Shown: positions 14,301-31,305, counted from the stretch's first letter. The stretch is DNA of 64,000 bases from Trichinella spiralis (GCF_000181795.1 NW_003526941.1:10034493-10098492); one strand, 5' to 3'. The notes: generated from the sequence alone by a model not told the origin. Made by a program: numbers and translations.

Positions 14301-15945
14301 TGCATAAGTATTGTGCTCTTCAATGCCAGTACCTACAGTAAGCACATTCAAATCGAAAATAATATCGGCAGGATCGATTTTTGCTTCTTCGACGAGAAGA
14401 TTGTACGAACGTTGACAAACTTTCACACGATGTTCAACAGTAGTTGCCTAAAAGTATAAACCTTTGTAATTTCGTCCTCTCTCTCTCTTAATTTATCTGC
14501 ATTCACTTGTCCAGTTTCATCAAAAGCCATAACAACAATTGCAGCACCATATTTTTTCAGTGTTTTGGCATGTTGTAAAAATTTCTCCTCTCCTTCTTTC
14601 AAACTTATACTATTTGCAATGCATTTTCCTTGAAAACACTGCAAACCAGCTTCGATTACCAAAAAATTGGAAGAATCGATGCAAAGCGGAACCTGAATTG
14701 AAAATATGCTAATGGTAAATTTTATGCAATTCATTTTAAATACTTTTGAAATATCCGGATCTGAACTGATCAAATTCACAAATTTGATCATACTATTAAC
14801 ACCGTCCAACATCGCTTCATCTAAATTTACATCCAAAATCTGTGCACCCAATTCCACTTGTTCCTTAGCCACTTGAAGTGCCATCTAATTTGATTAAATT
14901 GATCAACTCACTTAAAAAAGCAATGAATAATCGAACCTCATAATTTCCTTTTTTTATCATGCTAGCAAAACGTCGACTTCCTGCAACGTTGCAACGTTCT
15001 CCAATGTTGACAAAATTTGTAAAAGGTCCAATTTGCATTGATTCTAGACCTAAATATAATACAGTATAATAATATAAAAAGGAACTTTAATAATGTTACA
15101 ATCAAATACCTGAAAGGAGTGTATAACTTTTGAAAATATCTTTCTGAGGACATCTCGGTGGAACACCTTTAACTGCTTGGCAAATTTTAGCAATATGATC
15201 TGGTGTAGTGCCACAACAGCCTCCCACAATATTCACCAAACCATCAACAGCAAATTGCTAACAATTGAATCAAAAGCGAAATCGTATATTATTATTATTT
15301 TTCTTTAATTATATAAAAAATATTTTTCTACTTTTAGTGTAGCTGCTGTTTGTTCAGGTGATTCATCGTATTCTCCAAAAGAATTTGGCAAACCTGCATC
15401 ATATTATTAGATAAATAAATTTCAATTACCAGCATTTCAATGCCAGCATATACCAGCGTTTGGATAGCAGATAACATACGCAGATGTATTTTTGCTGACT
15501 GTCTCAATAAATGGTCGCATGTCCGTTGCGCCAAGCGCACAGTTTAATCCAACGCTGAAAGATAGTCGAAAAAGTAATAAGTTAATGAAAAAAGTGTTGA
15601 AGCATTCAAATAAATTTCACCAAAATGGATCAGCATGTTGTACACTTATCAGAAAAGCTTCAATCGATTGTCCAGACAAAGTGCGACCACTTTTGTCAAC
15701 TACAGTACCAGATAAAAAAACAGGAATACGCGTCTGTCGTTCTTCAAATAGTGTTTGAATTGCAAAAATGGCTGCCTAAAAATAACATTTTCCCAATCTA
15801 ATGCAATTGTATACCCAAACTGCATATTATTTATTCAACCTTTGCATTTGCGGTGTCAAAATAGTTTCCACCAAAAAAGCGTCCACTTCACCGTCAGCAA
15901 TGCCCTCTGCCCTGTTCTTTATAAGCATGGGCCAGCTCAGTAATG
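11342..15945 (-). CDS. MTR: Cobalamin-dependent methionine synthase (MetH/MTR); multi-exon, 5' part missing in the gap
   Basis: Motifs: [70 protein letters not shown] (cobalamin-binding DxHxxG), [23 protein letters not shown] and GIRPAPGYP. The last exon ends ...[13 protein letters not shown]. Confidence 0.96.
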
Positions 15946-16377
15946 CTGCGTTTAAAATAACTATTTATGATTTNNNNNNNNNNNNNNNNNNNNNNNNNNN
16001 NNNNNNNNNNNNNNNNNNNNNNNNNNNNNNNNNNNNNNNNNNNNNNNNNNNNNNNNNNNNNNNNNNNNNNNNNNNNNNNNNNNNNNNNNNNNNNNNNNNN
16101 NNNNNNNNNNNNNNNNNNNNNNNNNNNNNNNNNNNNNNNNNNNNNNNNNNNNNNNNNNNNNNNNNNNNNNNNNNNNNNNNNNNNNNNNNNNNNNNNNNNN
16201 NNNNNNNNNNNNNNNNNNNNNNNNNNNNNNNNNNNNNNNNNNNNNNNNNNNNNNNNNNNNNNNNNNNNNNNNNNNNNNNNNNNNNNNNNNNNNNNNNNNN
16301 NNNNNNNNNNNNNNNNNNNNNNNNNNNNNNNNNNNNNNNNNNNNNNNNNNNNNNNNNNNNNNNNNNNNNNNNNNNNN

Positions 16378-18557
<2,180 letters not shown>

Positions 18558-19512
18558 TGCAACGATCAAAAATCAGGACTAAGCAAAGTATATTCACAAT
18601 ACTATACTATGATATGCGGCAAACGATATCACTGATGGAANNNNNNNNNNNNNNNNNNNNNNNNNNNNNNNNNNNNNNNNNNNNNNNNNNNNNNNNNNNN
18701 NNNNNNNNNNNNNNNNNNNNNNNNNNNNNNNNNNNNNNNNNNNNNNNNNNNNNNNNNNNNNNNNNNNNNNNNNNNNNNNNNNNNNNNNNNNNNNNNNNNN
18801 NNNNNNNNNNNNNNNNNNNNNNNNNNNNNNNNNNNNNNNNNNNNNNNNNNNNNNNNNNNNNNNNNNNNNNNNNNNNNNNNNNNNNNNNNNNNNNNNNNNN
18901 NNNNNNNNNNNNNNNNNNNNNNNNNNNNNNNNNNNNNNNNNNNNNNNNNNNNNNNNNNNNNNNNNNNNNNNNNNNNNNNNNNNNNNNNNNNNNNNNNNNN
19001 NNNNNNNNNNNNNNNNNNNNNNNNNNNNNNNNNNNNNNNNNNNNNNNNNNNNNNNNNNNNNNNNNNNNNNNNNNNNNNNNNNNNNNNNNNNNNNNNNNNN
19101 NNNNNNNNNNNNNNNNNNNNNNNNNNNNNNNNNNNNNNNNNNNNNNNNNNNNNNNNNNNNNNNNNNNNNNNNNNNNNNNNNNNNNNNNNNNNNNNNNNNN
19201 NNNNNNNNNNNNNNNNNNNNNNNNNNNNNNNNNNNNNNNNNNNNNNNNNNNNNNNNNNNNNNNNNNNNNNNNNNNNNNNNNNNNNNNNNNNNNNNNNNNN
19301 NNNNNNNNNNNNNNNNNNNNNNNNNNNNNNNNNNNNNNNNNNNNNNNNNNNNNNNNNNNNNNNNNNNNNNNNNNNNGCATAATTGGATGATAGATCCGAT
19401 AACCCATATTGATTTTCATTTTTTTCACTGATTTTCATATTAAATATCCAAAAAATATATATTTTACTTTTGAAAACGACAAAAACTATTTGTTTATTTT
19501 TGTTTGTTTCAG

Positions 19513-22500
19513 CTGGCGGATTATGAAATTTTATACGTAAGTGTGCTTTTGTTGAAGCTTTTGTCTCACTAGCTTGTGCTTGATTGAAGTGCTGAAAATT
19601 TTGCAACTAATTTAGCAAGTGAAACCTGCTCAGCATCGACTTCGCCAACTGCAGCTTCAGCTGATTGCTATTCAAGAGCTGAAAGGAAAATATTTGAATA
19701 CTTTAACAATGAATCGCACCGCGGTGAAGTGTGAACTGGATAAGCCTGCTCGGCGTACAGTGCAACGATTGAAGAAAGCTAGAAATCGCTTTGCCGACAT
19801 TACTCAAGATCTGGCCAAACTGCAAGCCGAAACCGAAGTCTACATGGGCTCGTTAATTTTCCAACCCAAGGGTCTATCTTCTATTTTATCTTTTCTCAGA
19901 GCTTCTGCTTTTTTCTTTGATTTTACAAAATGAAAAAAATAATACATAGAGTTTTAGGAATTGTTGGCTTTGCTCGAATAACATGCGGTGATGAATTTGA
20001 GCTGGTCATTAAACACGGATCCCAAAAAGCGAAAATGCGCACTAAAATTGGCAAAGATCGCGTACAAACTTGGAATCCACCTGAGGCTGTTTTCAAATGT
20101 TTTCTTGGTGAAATTTTTGAACTAAAAGTAAGCAGATAATTATATATATATATATATATATATATCATCCTCTTATTTATCTGTATCTCTTCTTTTTTTT
20201 CTTGGTAATTTTTCAATTCAACAATATTTGAATACAATTGCAGGTATATGAGATGAAAAGTCTTGGAAAACGTCAACTTTTGGATACTTATTTTTATTAT
20301 GTTGAACTGATTTGCAGTCAACCGACTGCTCTGACTATAAATCTTAAACGATCTGGAACTGTAAAACTATATCTGGTGATCAACTGGGAGTAAGGAAAAT
20401 TATATTAATTGTAGAAAACCAACTACCTTTTCCCCCTTCCTCTTTTAATAATAATCTTCTCTTTTCAGTCCGTTAGATTTTACCGGCAAATCTAATGGAA
20501 ATTGCGGTGTACATTCTGTCCGGTGGAAATCGCTCACCTCTTTTGGACGAAGCAAACAATCTAGACCCAAATCTTGGATATCATCTTTTAGCCCGAAAGA
20601 TCAACGTGTAAACTGGGCCTTCTTTTTCTTGTTTTGTTTATTATAAATTGCTCAGTGTGCTTAATTTGCTTACAGTCAACGAATATTATCAGATCTGCAT
20701 CCGCTTGTGGAACACAAACGATGACACACATTCCACGAATTAAATCTCAGACAAATATTGCAGAAACAAGCAACACAACTGATCCACTGCTTTACACGCT
20801 GGATAAAATGGTCTACTGTTCAAAACAACTTTTGCAAAAATATCCGCAACTGAAAAATCTTTACAGTATATTACATTTGTTGAGATTGAAAATTCAGGTG
20901 AATAATCATCTATTGTTGTATACAAAATATTGCATTTCCAATAATTTTCAAATTTCAGGAATCAACCATGCAATGCATAACATCGGATAATACAAATGAG
21001 CCGACCGATTGCATTGCCAATCAATTATCCAAAATGCACATGTTTGACGTTAGGGCTGATGATCCATTAAAGACAAGAGTTTCCAGGTTCGTTTTTTTTC
21101 TTTTCTTTTTTATAAACAACTCTGTACACTTTAAAATTATAAACTGAAACTTAAATTAAATTAAAATTGATTGACGAGGACTTAAAGTGCATTTGAAACC
21201 AAACATTTCTTCTCCTTCAATCACAGTTTCACATCTGACAAAGCCTAATTATATAATCGTGGTAAAAATAAATTGTGACTTTTTAAAAGATGTGCAATTA
21301 GAGTCAGTAGATACAGTCCTTTTTTGTCCAATTTCAATTCACAATTTATAACTTTGAAAAGCTTGGCTCCAACAAACTATTATTCTCAACATAAAGTAAC
21401 AACAGCTATTTAAAGAAAAAAGAAAATGTAGCCATATCTTTTTTTTCCAGAGAAACATAAATCTAAATAATTCATCACCATCTATTTAAATATATTTATA
21501 AATAAAATCCGAATTCTATTTTCAGCAATCGACTAAGTATGCACGAGTCCAGCTTGAGAACACTAAATTCAATGGTTGCTTGCGACAGCTTTTATCATCA
21601 GCAGTCTGAGAATACAAAATCTATGTGCTGCTCAATGGAAGCTAAACTCCGAGAATCCCCGTTTCCAAACAGACAAGCAAAGGCAAGTCCCTCTGAATTG
21701 AGAATGACAGTGAAGCATCATCTCGTTCACATACAACTGTTAATACAAGTGAGAAAATTTAAAATTTATCATCATTCAATTTATCGACGTACATCCCTAT
21801 AAGTACACTAATTAGAAGAACTAACTTTTGATAAACAATTATTGATTTCTTTGTTTCCTTCAATTATGAAAAAAATTATAAACAACCCCTGAAACAACGT
21901 AATAAATAGTGCATTATTGTTATTACTATTCAATTTCACTGCTGTTTATATTAGAAAAAGTTATTCGTGCTTTAGCAATTAGACAAAGTCGGACCTATGA
22001 AAGCGAAAGAAGCAGAAGCATTACGTAAAATAACCGAAGAAATTCAAATACTGAAATTGATCACAAAATTATCAGATGATCATCTCTGTTTGCCCAGTGT
22101 TTCAGATAGTCAGTATTTTTAAAGTTTCAAAATATATGAATCAAAATAAAATAAAAGAATATATTTTACCTTTTTCAGTTTTGGGTGATCTTGATACGAG
22201 TGTCGAATTGCAGAACATTTGGTTAGCCGCTTGTTGTAAAGCAAATCGATATTTATTGCCACTTTTGCAACTTTCCAATGAAATTAGCCAATTATATGGC
22301 ACAAGCATCTGCTCTTATTATCCAGGATTGTTGGACAAAGGTGAGCATTTGTTATTTAAGATTAAATTATTTATTTACTGCAACTTTCTTTCGCTTTTCA
22401 AACCTAAATCTTAAATGATTAAAGTGATGGCCAGCATGCGTCACATGCTTACCGACGAAAGTACGTGGCTTCCACACGAAGTGACCGTCTTCCAGTTTGT

Positions 22501-23097
22501 TGGATTTTTCAAAGATCAACAACTATCCGTTTTCATGGAATATCTTTCTCACGAAAGTTTGTTTTTCACACTGAATTAACCATTCACGCGAATTTATAAT
22601 TCAACTTTTAATAATTATTCAGCTTGGATCAACGAAGGTCTGAAAAGCAGAAATATAAAAGAAATACGAATAACGCTTGATCGACTGAAACAACTGAATA
22701 CTCTACCACCGACAAACTGTCTCCGCTACACAGCAATGCTATTGGTTGATGAACAGAGCGAACTGTATTCTGCATCCGGTGACAACAATCGATTACAATT
22801 CTTTCTTTCCTCAGTCATGTTAATATTTTAATTGTGATAAACTTTTATTTATTCGCAGAAAATTATTTGCACTCCATCGACAACAATTCCACCAGAGAAG
22901 AGATGATCAATCAGTATATTGCTATTCTTGAACACGATGATCCAATGTCAAGACGTGGCGCTTGTCGAGCATTGGCCCTCTTGAACGCTCAAAATGCCAT
23001 CGAATTGCTCGTCTTTCTGAGCAGCCACGATCACAACCCGATGGTCAGAAACGAAGCTCGAAATTCTCTGTTCAAATTCGGTATCAGCAAACTGTAG
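19513..23097 (+). CDS. RIPOR/FAM65-family protein, copy 1 (3' portion; its 5' exon is at 27838 on a different contig)
   Basis: Spliced EVYMGSLIFQPKGIVGFARITCGDEFELVIKHGSQK...WNP...FELKVYEMKSLG...TVKLYLVINW matches the FAM65 PL48/C2-like region. C-terminal HEAT-like segment RRGACRALALLNAQNAIELLVFL...VRNEARNSL. Confidence 0.85.
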
Positions 23098-26000
23098 GTC
23101 AGCTTGTCAAGTGGCCAAAAATTGCATTACGCGTCTCATTGCTTTGAATTTTCTGGTATATCGCAATTGAAATAAACNNNNNNNNNNNNNNNNNNNNNNN
23201 NNNNNNNNNNNNNNNNNNNNNNNNNNNNNNNNNNNNNNNNNNNNNNNNNNNNNNNNNNNNNNNNNNNNNNNNNNNNNNNNNNNNNNNNNNNNNNNNNNNN
23301 NNNNNNNNNNNNNNNNNNNNNNNNNNNNNNNNNNNNNNNNNNNNNNNNNNNNNNNNNNNNNNNNNNNNNNNNNNNNNNNNNNNNNNNNNNNNNNNNNNNN
23401 NNNNNNNNNNNNNNNNNNNNNNNNNNNNNNNNNNNNNNNNNNNNNNNNNNNNNNNNNNNNNNNNNNNNNNNNNNNNNNNNNNNNNNNNNNNNNNNNNNNN
23501 NNNNNNNNNNNNNNNNNNNNNNNNNNNNNNNNNNNNNNNNNNNNNNNNNNNNNNNNNNNNNNNNNNNNNNNNNNNNNNNGGAAGAATTTTCATTTAATAG
23601 GCGGGAAAAGTAATTATGAGAACCATTTTTTCATGATTAGCTTTTTTGATGAGTTTTTTAAATTCTTTTTCCCAGGTAAAAAGCTTTTCTGTGACTGTAA
23701 AAGGCATGGCTAAAAAGAGTATTAACATCCGCCACGTTCGTCGGCGTATAGCTGTATTGAACATTGACTGCTTTGGATCAGCTGAGTACTATAAAAGGGC
23801 ATTGAGATAGAAAATGATGTTTGTTCGAATTAGAATGAGTGTACAATATAATGAGACAGAATGTCTCGACGCTCTGTTTCTTTGTAGCTATACAGATAGC
23901 CTACAAACATAATGTTCCACCAACGTGGTGGATTGGATCCATTCATTCATCTAGCACAGCTTAAATTGATATTATTTTTGTACAGCAGTTATGCTATTTC
24001 TTGATGGTTCAATTTTTGCCGATATTAGGAAGCAATTAAACATCCCCACATGCAACGTGTTCAAAACGGTTGTCACATTGGAAATAGTTCACAAATTCAA
24101 CAACGCCAAACATCCTCCACCACTACACCCAACATTTATCCACGTACACAACTGATAACAGGAGCGGAATGGCAAGCGATCGTCAACAATACACTACGGT
24201 ATGTATCAATTATTACAATTATTAATAATTGTGAAAATTCGAAGATAATTCAAATGCTCTGAACTGTACTATCATTTCATTAAAATTTACTTTATAAACA
24301 CAACACGCTATATATAAAACTGTACTACATATATTGGTTTCAAACGTTTCAGCATTGCAAATATTGATTCGGAAATCAAAGCACACCAACCAATATATAN
24401 NNNNNNNNNTTAAGTTTAAATATAATAGAAACAATGAATAAATAAATAAAAACACCTATATATTTACGTGGATTGTGAAAGATAAAACAATTAATTGGAC
24501 GACTAATATGCAAATAAATATTCACCAGCAAGTAACCTTGTCTTTTTTAAAAGATTGATAACAGAATGAACACTGTAAAGCGACTTATTAGAAGCGTTCT
24601 AAAATCAATTATTTATTTAAAAACATTTTCAATCTAACTAATTTATTTATATAGATAAATGAAAAAAATTTTAAACCCTTTTATAATTTCCACTGCTGAA
24701 CAATTAATTTATCATTTTCTTCAGTTTCATTTTTCTATTGTGCAACTATTGAAGAATAAAATAATAAAAGACATCATATCAAAATTATGCTAACATTCCA
24801 CAGAATATATTTTTATCAAAAGTTTATTTCAAAAAAAACAATTTATTAAAAGTCGATTAAAAAAATAAATATATAAACAGTTATAATAAAAAATAAAAAA
24901 TATACAAATTTTTTAAACTGCATTAGCCAAATTGCATTTGCATTATCGGATGATTATTATTTTGCACAGCTGGCCTTATTTTATAATCGTACTGTGTCAC
25001 CTGGGATGAGAAGGCGTTGTGTCAGGTGACCATTGGTCATCTGAACGATGAGACCGATGTCGAAGCATTGTTCTCCCATTGACCCTGTTGAAAGTGCTCC
25101 AGACAGGTCAGATGTAAGTAGATCCCTGCCGTTATAAGCAAGTGGCCCCAGCGAAAATGTTCTCTTCGAAATTTATCGGCATGACCAAAATATTTTCCCT
25201 CATTTCTGTAACATAATATACAACAACATCTGATTTATGCTTCTTTTTTCCTCTTTTTTTTCACTACAAGGTTACCGTCTGTAAGTATGCTAATTTATTT
25301 ATCAACCATATCATCGTTCAAATTTTTCATAAATTATTTTCATCATATTTTCATATTAAAAAGAATAAATAATTAATATTTGTTGAAATTTAATAAAAAG
25401 GTAAAATAATCAGGAAATTTAAAAATTAAAATTTCCAATAATTTTTGCAAAATTAAAGTTGGTTTAATTATTTATTTTTCTTTAGTTTCGATTACAAATC
25501 GAAAAATACATATCAAACAATTCTAATACACAAACGTGGTTCATTATCTTTCGCTGATTTCATCCCATTCTATATATATATATATTTATATTTATTTATA
25601 TATGCTTGTATATATTTCGTATGTACATTGACTATTTCGGCCCTACAAACGCAAGTTAGCAAATAAAGCATTACGGTGCATAAAAATTTGTTGACCACCA
25701 CTCACTCTATCACTACGCACAATCAACGTGCTTGCTACACGTTAGCAATCGTCGCGGTCTTCTTGATATAAGCAACAGCATCACCAACAAAACAAATAAA
25801 TAACTAGGTCATTGTTGCATTTTGCAAATTTGTCCACTTTGCTAATTTTTCATTTCATAATTATGTAAGTTGAAAAAATATTTGTTTCTCCTATTTTTTT
25901 TCAATTTTCCAATTGTAAAAATTTTCCACTTCATAAATGGTGATGATTTTAAAATTAAAATTTGCATAATAGAGTTCTATTCAAATTAAGATTCAAAGTG

Positions 26001-27837
26001 TTTAAAATATTTCTCTGAACAAACAAATCATTTCCACTACCATCGGCATTACTTTAATAACACAAAAAATGAATTATTTCGCTTTGGAATTTATTCCACT
26101 TTGAAAAAGAAATGGTAATGTTCCATGAAAATTATCAATCGGTTTATATTTGAAAAATTAATTATTCAATTAAATTTATTTGTCGCATAACTTCAATTTC
26201 CCCCGCTCAAATCGCTACCTTCAACGCTACACTGAAAGCAATCAAATAACCAAAGCCACTTGCTATTATTAATTTTGCATAAACATTTGTGCTTACTCAT
26301 TGTTTTCCACGCTCTCTGATTATCAATTTGTTACCGTTTCCACTTGTAGTTTGTAGAAAAATCAAATACAGAAAAGTAAACCATTTTTTTTATTTTATAC
26401 TTATTAAAATTAAATTAAAAAGAATTTCCAGCTTTTTATTATTTCCAATAGTTTTGTTCATTCCACTTGGTACTGATCATTTTCTTTAAATACTATTTTA
26501 CATGTCATTTTCGATTATAATTACTTCGTTATTCATTATGTTATGAAAATGGAATAATTTTTCAAGCTTTAATGATAGTAATAATCAATTTGTAAAAATT
26601 AAAATTTATAAAATACGCCCCCAGACTGAACTACTGTTCATTTCACTTCCTCGGTGTTTGAAATAAATAGTAATTATTTGCATAATAAGAATCGAAAAAT
26701 ATGTGCAGCTTCATAAACTGAGATGAGAAAATTAATTAATTTGACAAAATTGAATATCACACTACTTTTAACTAAATGAATAAAAATTTCATTATTGATA
26801 AAAAACAATATCAAACAAAATTAAAGAAACTCGTTTAATTTTTTCGAAAAATATTGCTATTATGTAGCTTAAAAATAATTTTTTAAGAAAAAAGTTACTT
26901 ATTTAAAATGTATCATTTAATGTTTATTGAGTTGTTTATTGTTTGTTCGTAAAAATGACCTGCTTTTTGACAAGAACGGAAACAACAAGCAGCAGCTAGT
27001 CAGTCAGTCAGCTAGTCGGTGTGCGTAAAATTTAGTAGTGAGATGCAATTTCAGCCGGATATTCGATTTTCAATCGATAGAAAAGCTTAAATGCAGCATG
27101 TTATTTATTGGAGGTGAACGCCCTTTTCAAAACTGAAACATTTATATTATTACTTCACCGAACTGTTTGTTGCTGTTGTACAAGCACATCCGGCTGTGCT
27201 TTACACTACATAGCCGCTAATTCTGTCATAACAAAATTCAAAAATAACAAGCTGTTCTTGAAAATATTTCCTGCCGTTTATGTTGTTTGTTTTAATGGAT
27301 TATTTATTCAGTGTTGTATTGTTGTTGTGCTATACGTATTGAAAAGGAAAGAAAAGCAAAGAAAAAAAATATACGTTGCAGTAAAGCTTATAAAATTGAA
27401 TGAATGAATGAATGAATCATTGCAACGTCAACGTGCAAAAATATACAACAACAGTGCCGCCGCGAATGTCGCTGGCTCAAATCACTTGTGACGTCGTTTA
27501 TAATAGCTTTTTAATTCGTCGAGATTTTTTTTTTGTTTTTCAATTCAAACTTATCATCCCTTTTGGAATATGGGGAAAAGAAAAAATTACCCGCCAATTG
27601 TGGCCTGTTGCTTTTCGAAATTTCACCGCTTGCCACACCCCAGTCTTGAAAAGGCATGTGAAAAGCGAAGCTTGTTTTTACAAACTGAATAATTGCACTG
27701 TATTATCGCACGCAAGCACGACACTCTCTCTCTTTCTCTCTCTCTCGCTTGCCATTTAATGTCATTTGCATTTGTCGTTCGTTGTGCGCGTTTCGAACAA
27801 TTTCTCTTTTCCAATTTTAAAAATACTTTTTTCACAG

Positions 27838-28046
27838 ATGAACGAACATTATGCAAATGGGAAAATGAAAATCGAACCCATTTACCAACATCCCCACCTA
27901 CAACGTGTACAAAACGGTTGTCACATTGGAAATAGTTCACAAATTCAACAACGCCAAACATCCTCCACCACTACACCCAACATTTATCCACGTACACAAC
28001 TGATAACAGGAGCGGAAATGGCAAGCGAATCGTCAACAACACTACG
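27838..28046 (+). CDS. 5' exon of RIPOR/FAM65 copy 1 (displaced; indels near contig end)
   Basis: Near-identical to 45708-45916 (MNEHYANGKMKIEPIYQHPH...). A further partial copy lies at 24040-24197. Confidence 0.6.
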
Positions 28047-28100
28047 GTATGTATCAGTATACATTATATAATTGTGAAATTCGAGATAATNNNNNNNNNN

Positions 28101-30944
28101 TAAATAATAGAAGAAGCCCACGAACATCAGTACAAATGTATGGCTCTACGTTGTTTTATACGTCATCCCTGACAGGTCTACTGACAGGTATGAATTTTCA
28201 AATATTTGCTATTTTCATACAATGCTTTCTTTCTTTCTCTTGGCACACTGCACTAAACATGCGCGCTTTTTAAGCTTTTCGTAGTTGTTTGATTTTAGTC
28301 TTTTTGAATGGAAACTAGCGCGTTGTTCTTCAGTAATGATGTTTAATTAATATTCGAGACTTTATTACGGCAAAGCCATTATATAATAGTACTAATGGTA
28401 TATTTTGCTATAATTTTCAATAGTCCTTACAAATCCATTTGTAAAGTAGTACTCTGACATAGCAGTTGAACCCCTCTTGCATTATCTTTACTGCCCAGTG
28501 TAATGTTTATTGCTAATTGTTTAAAGGAAATGTTTGTCACCAGGATACTGCAGTCGCACAATCCCATCCCTAAATGCTTGTCACTGCTCAAATCGTGCAC
28601 AAGATTGTTTCAGCATGACATAGGAAAGCTGCTGTTAGCTAGAGAACACACTTTTATACTACCACCTTTGATACTTTCAAAATGGCAGTAACGTTCCCTT
28701 CATTTTTGAAATGACTCCTTAAAGTTTCTATTATGTCATTGTATCGCCAATAGCACTGACTTATACAGATGCACCTATTTTCTGTCATTGAGAAAATAAC
28801 TCAATGCCCATCAATGTTGGCAGTATTGATAAATGAAACAACGCTTGAATATTATACGTGAAGATTGAGTGGAAGAACGCATATGACAACTTCCACCTCC
28901 TCCATCCTTCAACCTCTCCCTCATTCCTTCCTGCTATGCTGTCCCGCCCTTTTTTCCTGTCTAATGATCCCCATCGTTGAGCTCGTAATAATACTAAGCT
29001 GAAGGGAGATCGCCTTAAACTGAAAATTCTGCCCACCCCCTATTTCGAGTTGAATGAACAGCACTTAGCTGCTTTTATCTCATATAAATCTAATTTTTCA
29101 TAACTGCTGTCGACTAGCAACATAACCAAATCCAGGCTACTCCTGATTCTTTTGTTTTATATTTTTCGTAAAATCCAATACAGAATTGTTATCCGCATAA
29201 GTTTCTTGAATTCATTGCAGATCGTTGAGTTACTTAATTTCTGCAGGTTGGTTTATCTCACATTGTATGTGGCGCGCTGATGCAGTGCTCAACCAAGTTT
29301 CCAGTCTTACTATAAATCATCATAAGGTGTAAACAAAAGTTTAGTTAAAACAAAATTTTAATAGTAAATAAGCTTTCAAGTGGCATACCCACTGGTGCAG
29401 CCGCTTACCCTCATGATATCTACGCTGCGCACTTGTTAAATTCTGTCCTGAGATGAATTTGTATATTATAAAATTTCTGTCGCAGTATCATCATAAAATT
29501 TTCATGTCACTGTTAATTTTCCATAAATCTGAAAANNNNNNNNNNNNNNNNNNNNNNNNNNNNNNNNNNNNNNNNNNNNNNNTTTTTCAATTCTTGCTAT
29601 GTGGATAATGCGATAAAAAATTTTGATTGAACATCAGCATATTCTACAGATACAACCAATGAAAAATAGATAAAGTGATACAGGCGACATGAAGAGCAGA
29701 TCACGAACGGCACGAAGCGGATCGCGGACGGCACGAAGCAGAACAAAAAGAGACAAAAGGTATATGCAGTTCCCCGTGGTTCCCCATTCTGTAAGGCTGG
29801 GCTTGGGATACGTTGTAATTCATATACACTGGCAATGAGTATGAAGCCAAGAGGTAGAAATCAGCATTTACAACCCAATTCACCAACATCACTTTTATGA
29901 CGAATTCACTAGGAGGAATTGTGCCATGAGGTTTCACCATGTTTTATAAATTTAATTGAGTCAAGTGAATTCTACAAAAATGATCCTTCTTTGATATCTG
30001 AATTTTCAGTTGCAACAACTTTTGCTGTTTTTGAAAAATTGATGATGTTTTTTCAAACCGTTGCAGAATATTTTTCATTGGAATCAGTAAATGAATGTGC
30101 ATTTGTGCACGATGTAAAGTGTAAAGGGGCAAAACCCATAAATTTTTAATAATTTGCTTCTGTATTTTGTCCATGCATATAAGATAACAATGTTGCCGGT
30201 TCCACACTGACTAAAGTGATAACCGTGATGCGCAATTTTTACTACTTCAACCCAGCATGTGCATTATATTAAATAATCAATTCATTATGCTTGTGTTTTA
30301 AGTAAATGTTATGTTTTGCCATTCTTCTGTTATAGGCATTCATTTTTCTTCTTTTCAAAGTGGTTGATCAAAGTCTGATTCAAATGTTCACTAAACAATC
30401 TGTTCCGTCAAATTAATGAATGAATTTTGCTGAATATTGCGACATATTATTATCGTGCCAGTGCAGCCCCATTTACGTAAGACACTATTTTATACTTCTT
30501 TAATTTACGCCACAATATTATTTGTGATAGATAGTGGCTTTGATTATTATAATCTTTGGTGTTGGCTCATTACATTGTTATTATACGTTTTCAAGGCATA
30601 CATGCATTTCTAGGTCAGCAGAATAACTTTATGCTAATGTGATGGTAAACACTGCCGTTGGCATTCTGCTACGTGCACTTTGTGCTATTCAAATGCGGTA
30701 GCAATGTTCCTTATATAAATTTCTGTTTATTGAGAGAACTGCACTATAGTATAAATGTTCGCTGCTGAAGGGCGGTCTAATTACTTACTGCATTGCGTTA
30801 TTTGGTCATTTCGATGCTTCACTGCAACAATTACATTGTCATTGTTAGACTAAAAATATGAAGAAACCACGAACATCAGTTACAAAATGTATGGCTCTAC
30901 GTTTGTTTTATACGTCATCCCTGACAGGTCTACGGACAGGTATG
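28101..30944. repeat. Dispersed repeat, inverted copy at 58843-60541
   Basis: ~28108-29070 is the reverse complement of 58843-~59820. 30141-30944 is the reverse complement of ~59737-60541. There are SNPs and a ~21-bp indel (near 28513 versus ~59400). Confidence 0.9.
29640..30140. mobile_element. Fragment of a repeat family, possibly transposon-derived
   Basis: Contains the short tandem unit CACGAAGC..ATC.CG.ACGG (SRSRTAR-encoding), with diverged relatives at 37725-37830 and 60570-60650 (inverted). The minus-strand peptide SEFVIKVMLVNWVVNADFYLLASYSLPVYMNYN resembles Trichinella repeat-derived predictions often labelled piggyBac-derived (from memory). No DDD transposase core is visible. Confidence 0.45.
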
Positions 30945-30952
30945 NNNNNNNN

Positions 30953-31305
30953 TTCTGCTTGAAACCATTTCAGAAGTTTAAGATCCGACGTTGCGAACTT
31001 TGAATTGGATATCACCTTGAACGTCAGCAGTAGTCAGGGATTTGTTGTATAATCCGAGCTGAGGGTTCCATGCCAATAATGTTCTCAGCGACTTTGTGGG
31101 GACACACATTTTGGTCCACCACTTGCGACGAGGCTACCGAACAACATAACAGTCCAATCAACCAAAAACAGAGTAGGATTTCTTGTCTGAAACATGGTTC
31201 ACATTAGTCAAAATTCAAATTATTCCACCAAATCAATGAACAAGGTTAGTTCATCTTTGAACAGTGTCGTCAATGCCCGTTTGCCATTGCTTACCTTTTC
31301 AGCAT
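30953..31305 (-). CDS. 5' part of a secreted/membrane protein: signal peptide plus start of a C-type-lectin-like domain (apparent 1-nt frameshift; truncated by gap)
   Basis: ATGCTGAAAAG|gtaag...tttcag| gives MLKRQEILLCFWLIGLLCCSVASSQVVDQNVCPHKVAENIIGMEPSARIIQQIPDYC, then TGA at 31026-31024. A shifted frame stays open to the gap: LTFKVISNSKFATSDLKLLKWFQAE. Confidence 0.6.

Noticed and set aside
15838..15945. Apparent frameshifts in the methionine synthase exon next to the gap (pseudogene?)
   Set aside because: The indels cluster in the last ~130 bp of a contig, and the other exons I checked are intact, so low-quality sequence is more likely.
27108..27961. Several 80-115 aa ORFs (duplicated at 44962-45831) and antisense ORFs over PICK1, KDSR, Sec61 and RPA49
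   Set aside because: They are low-complexity or shadow frames without recognisable domains.
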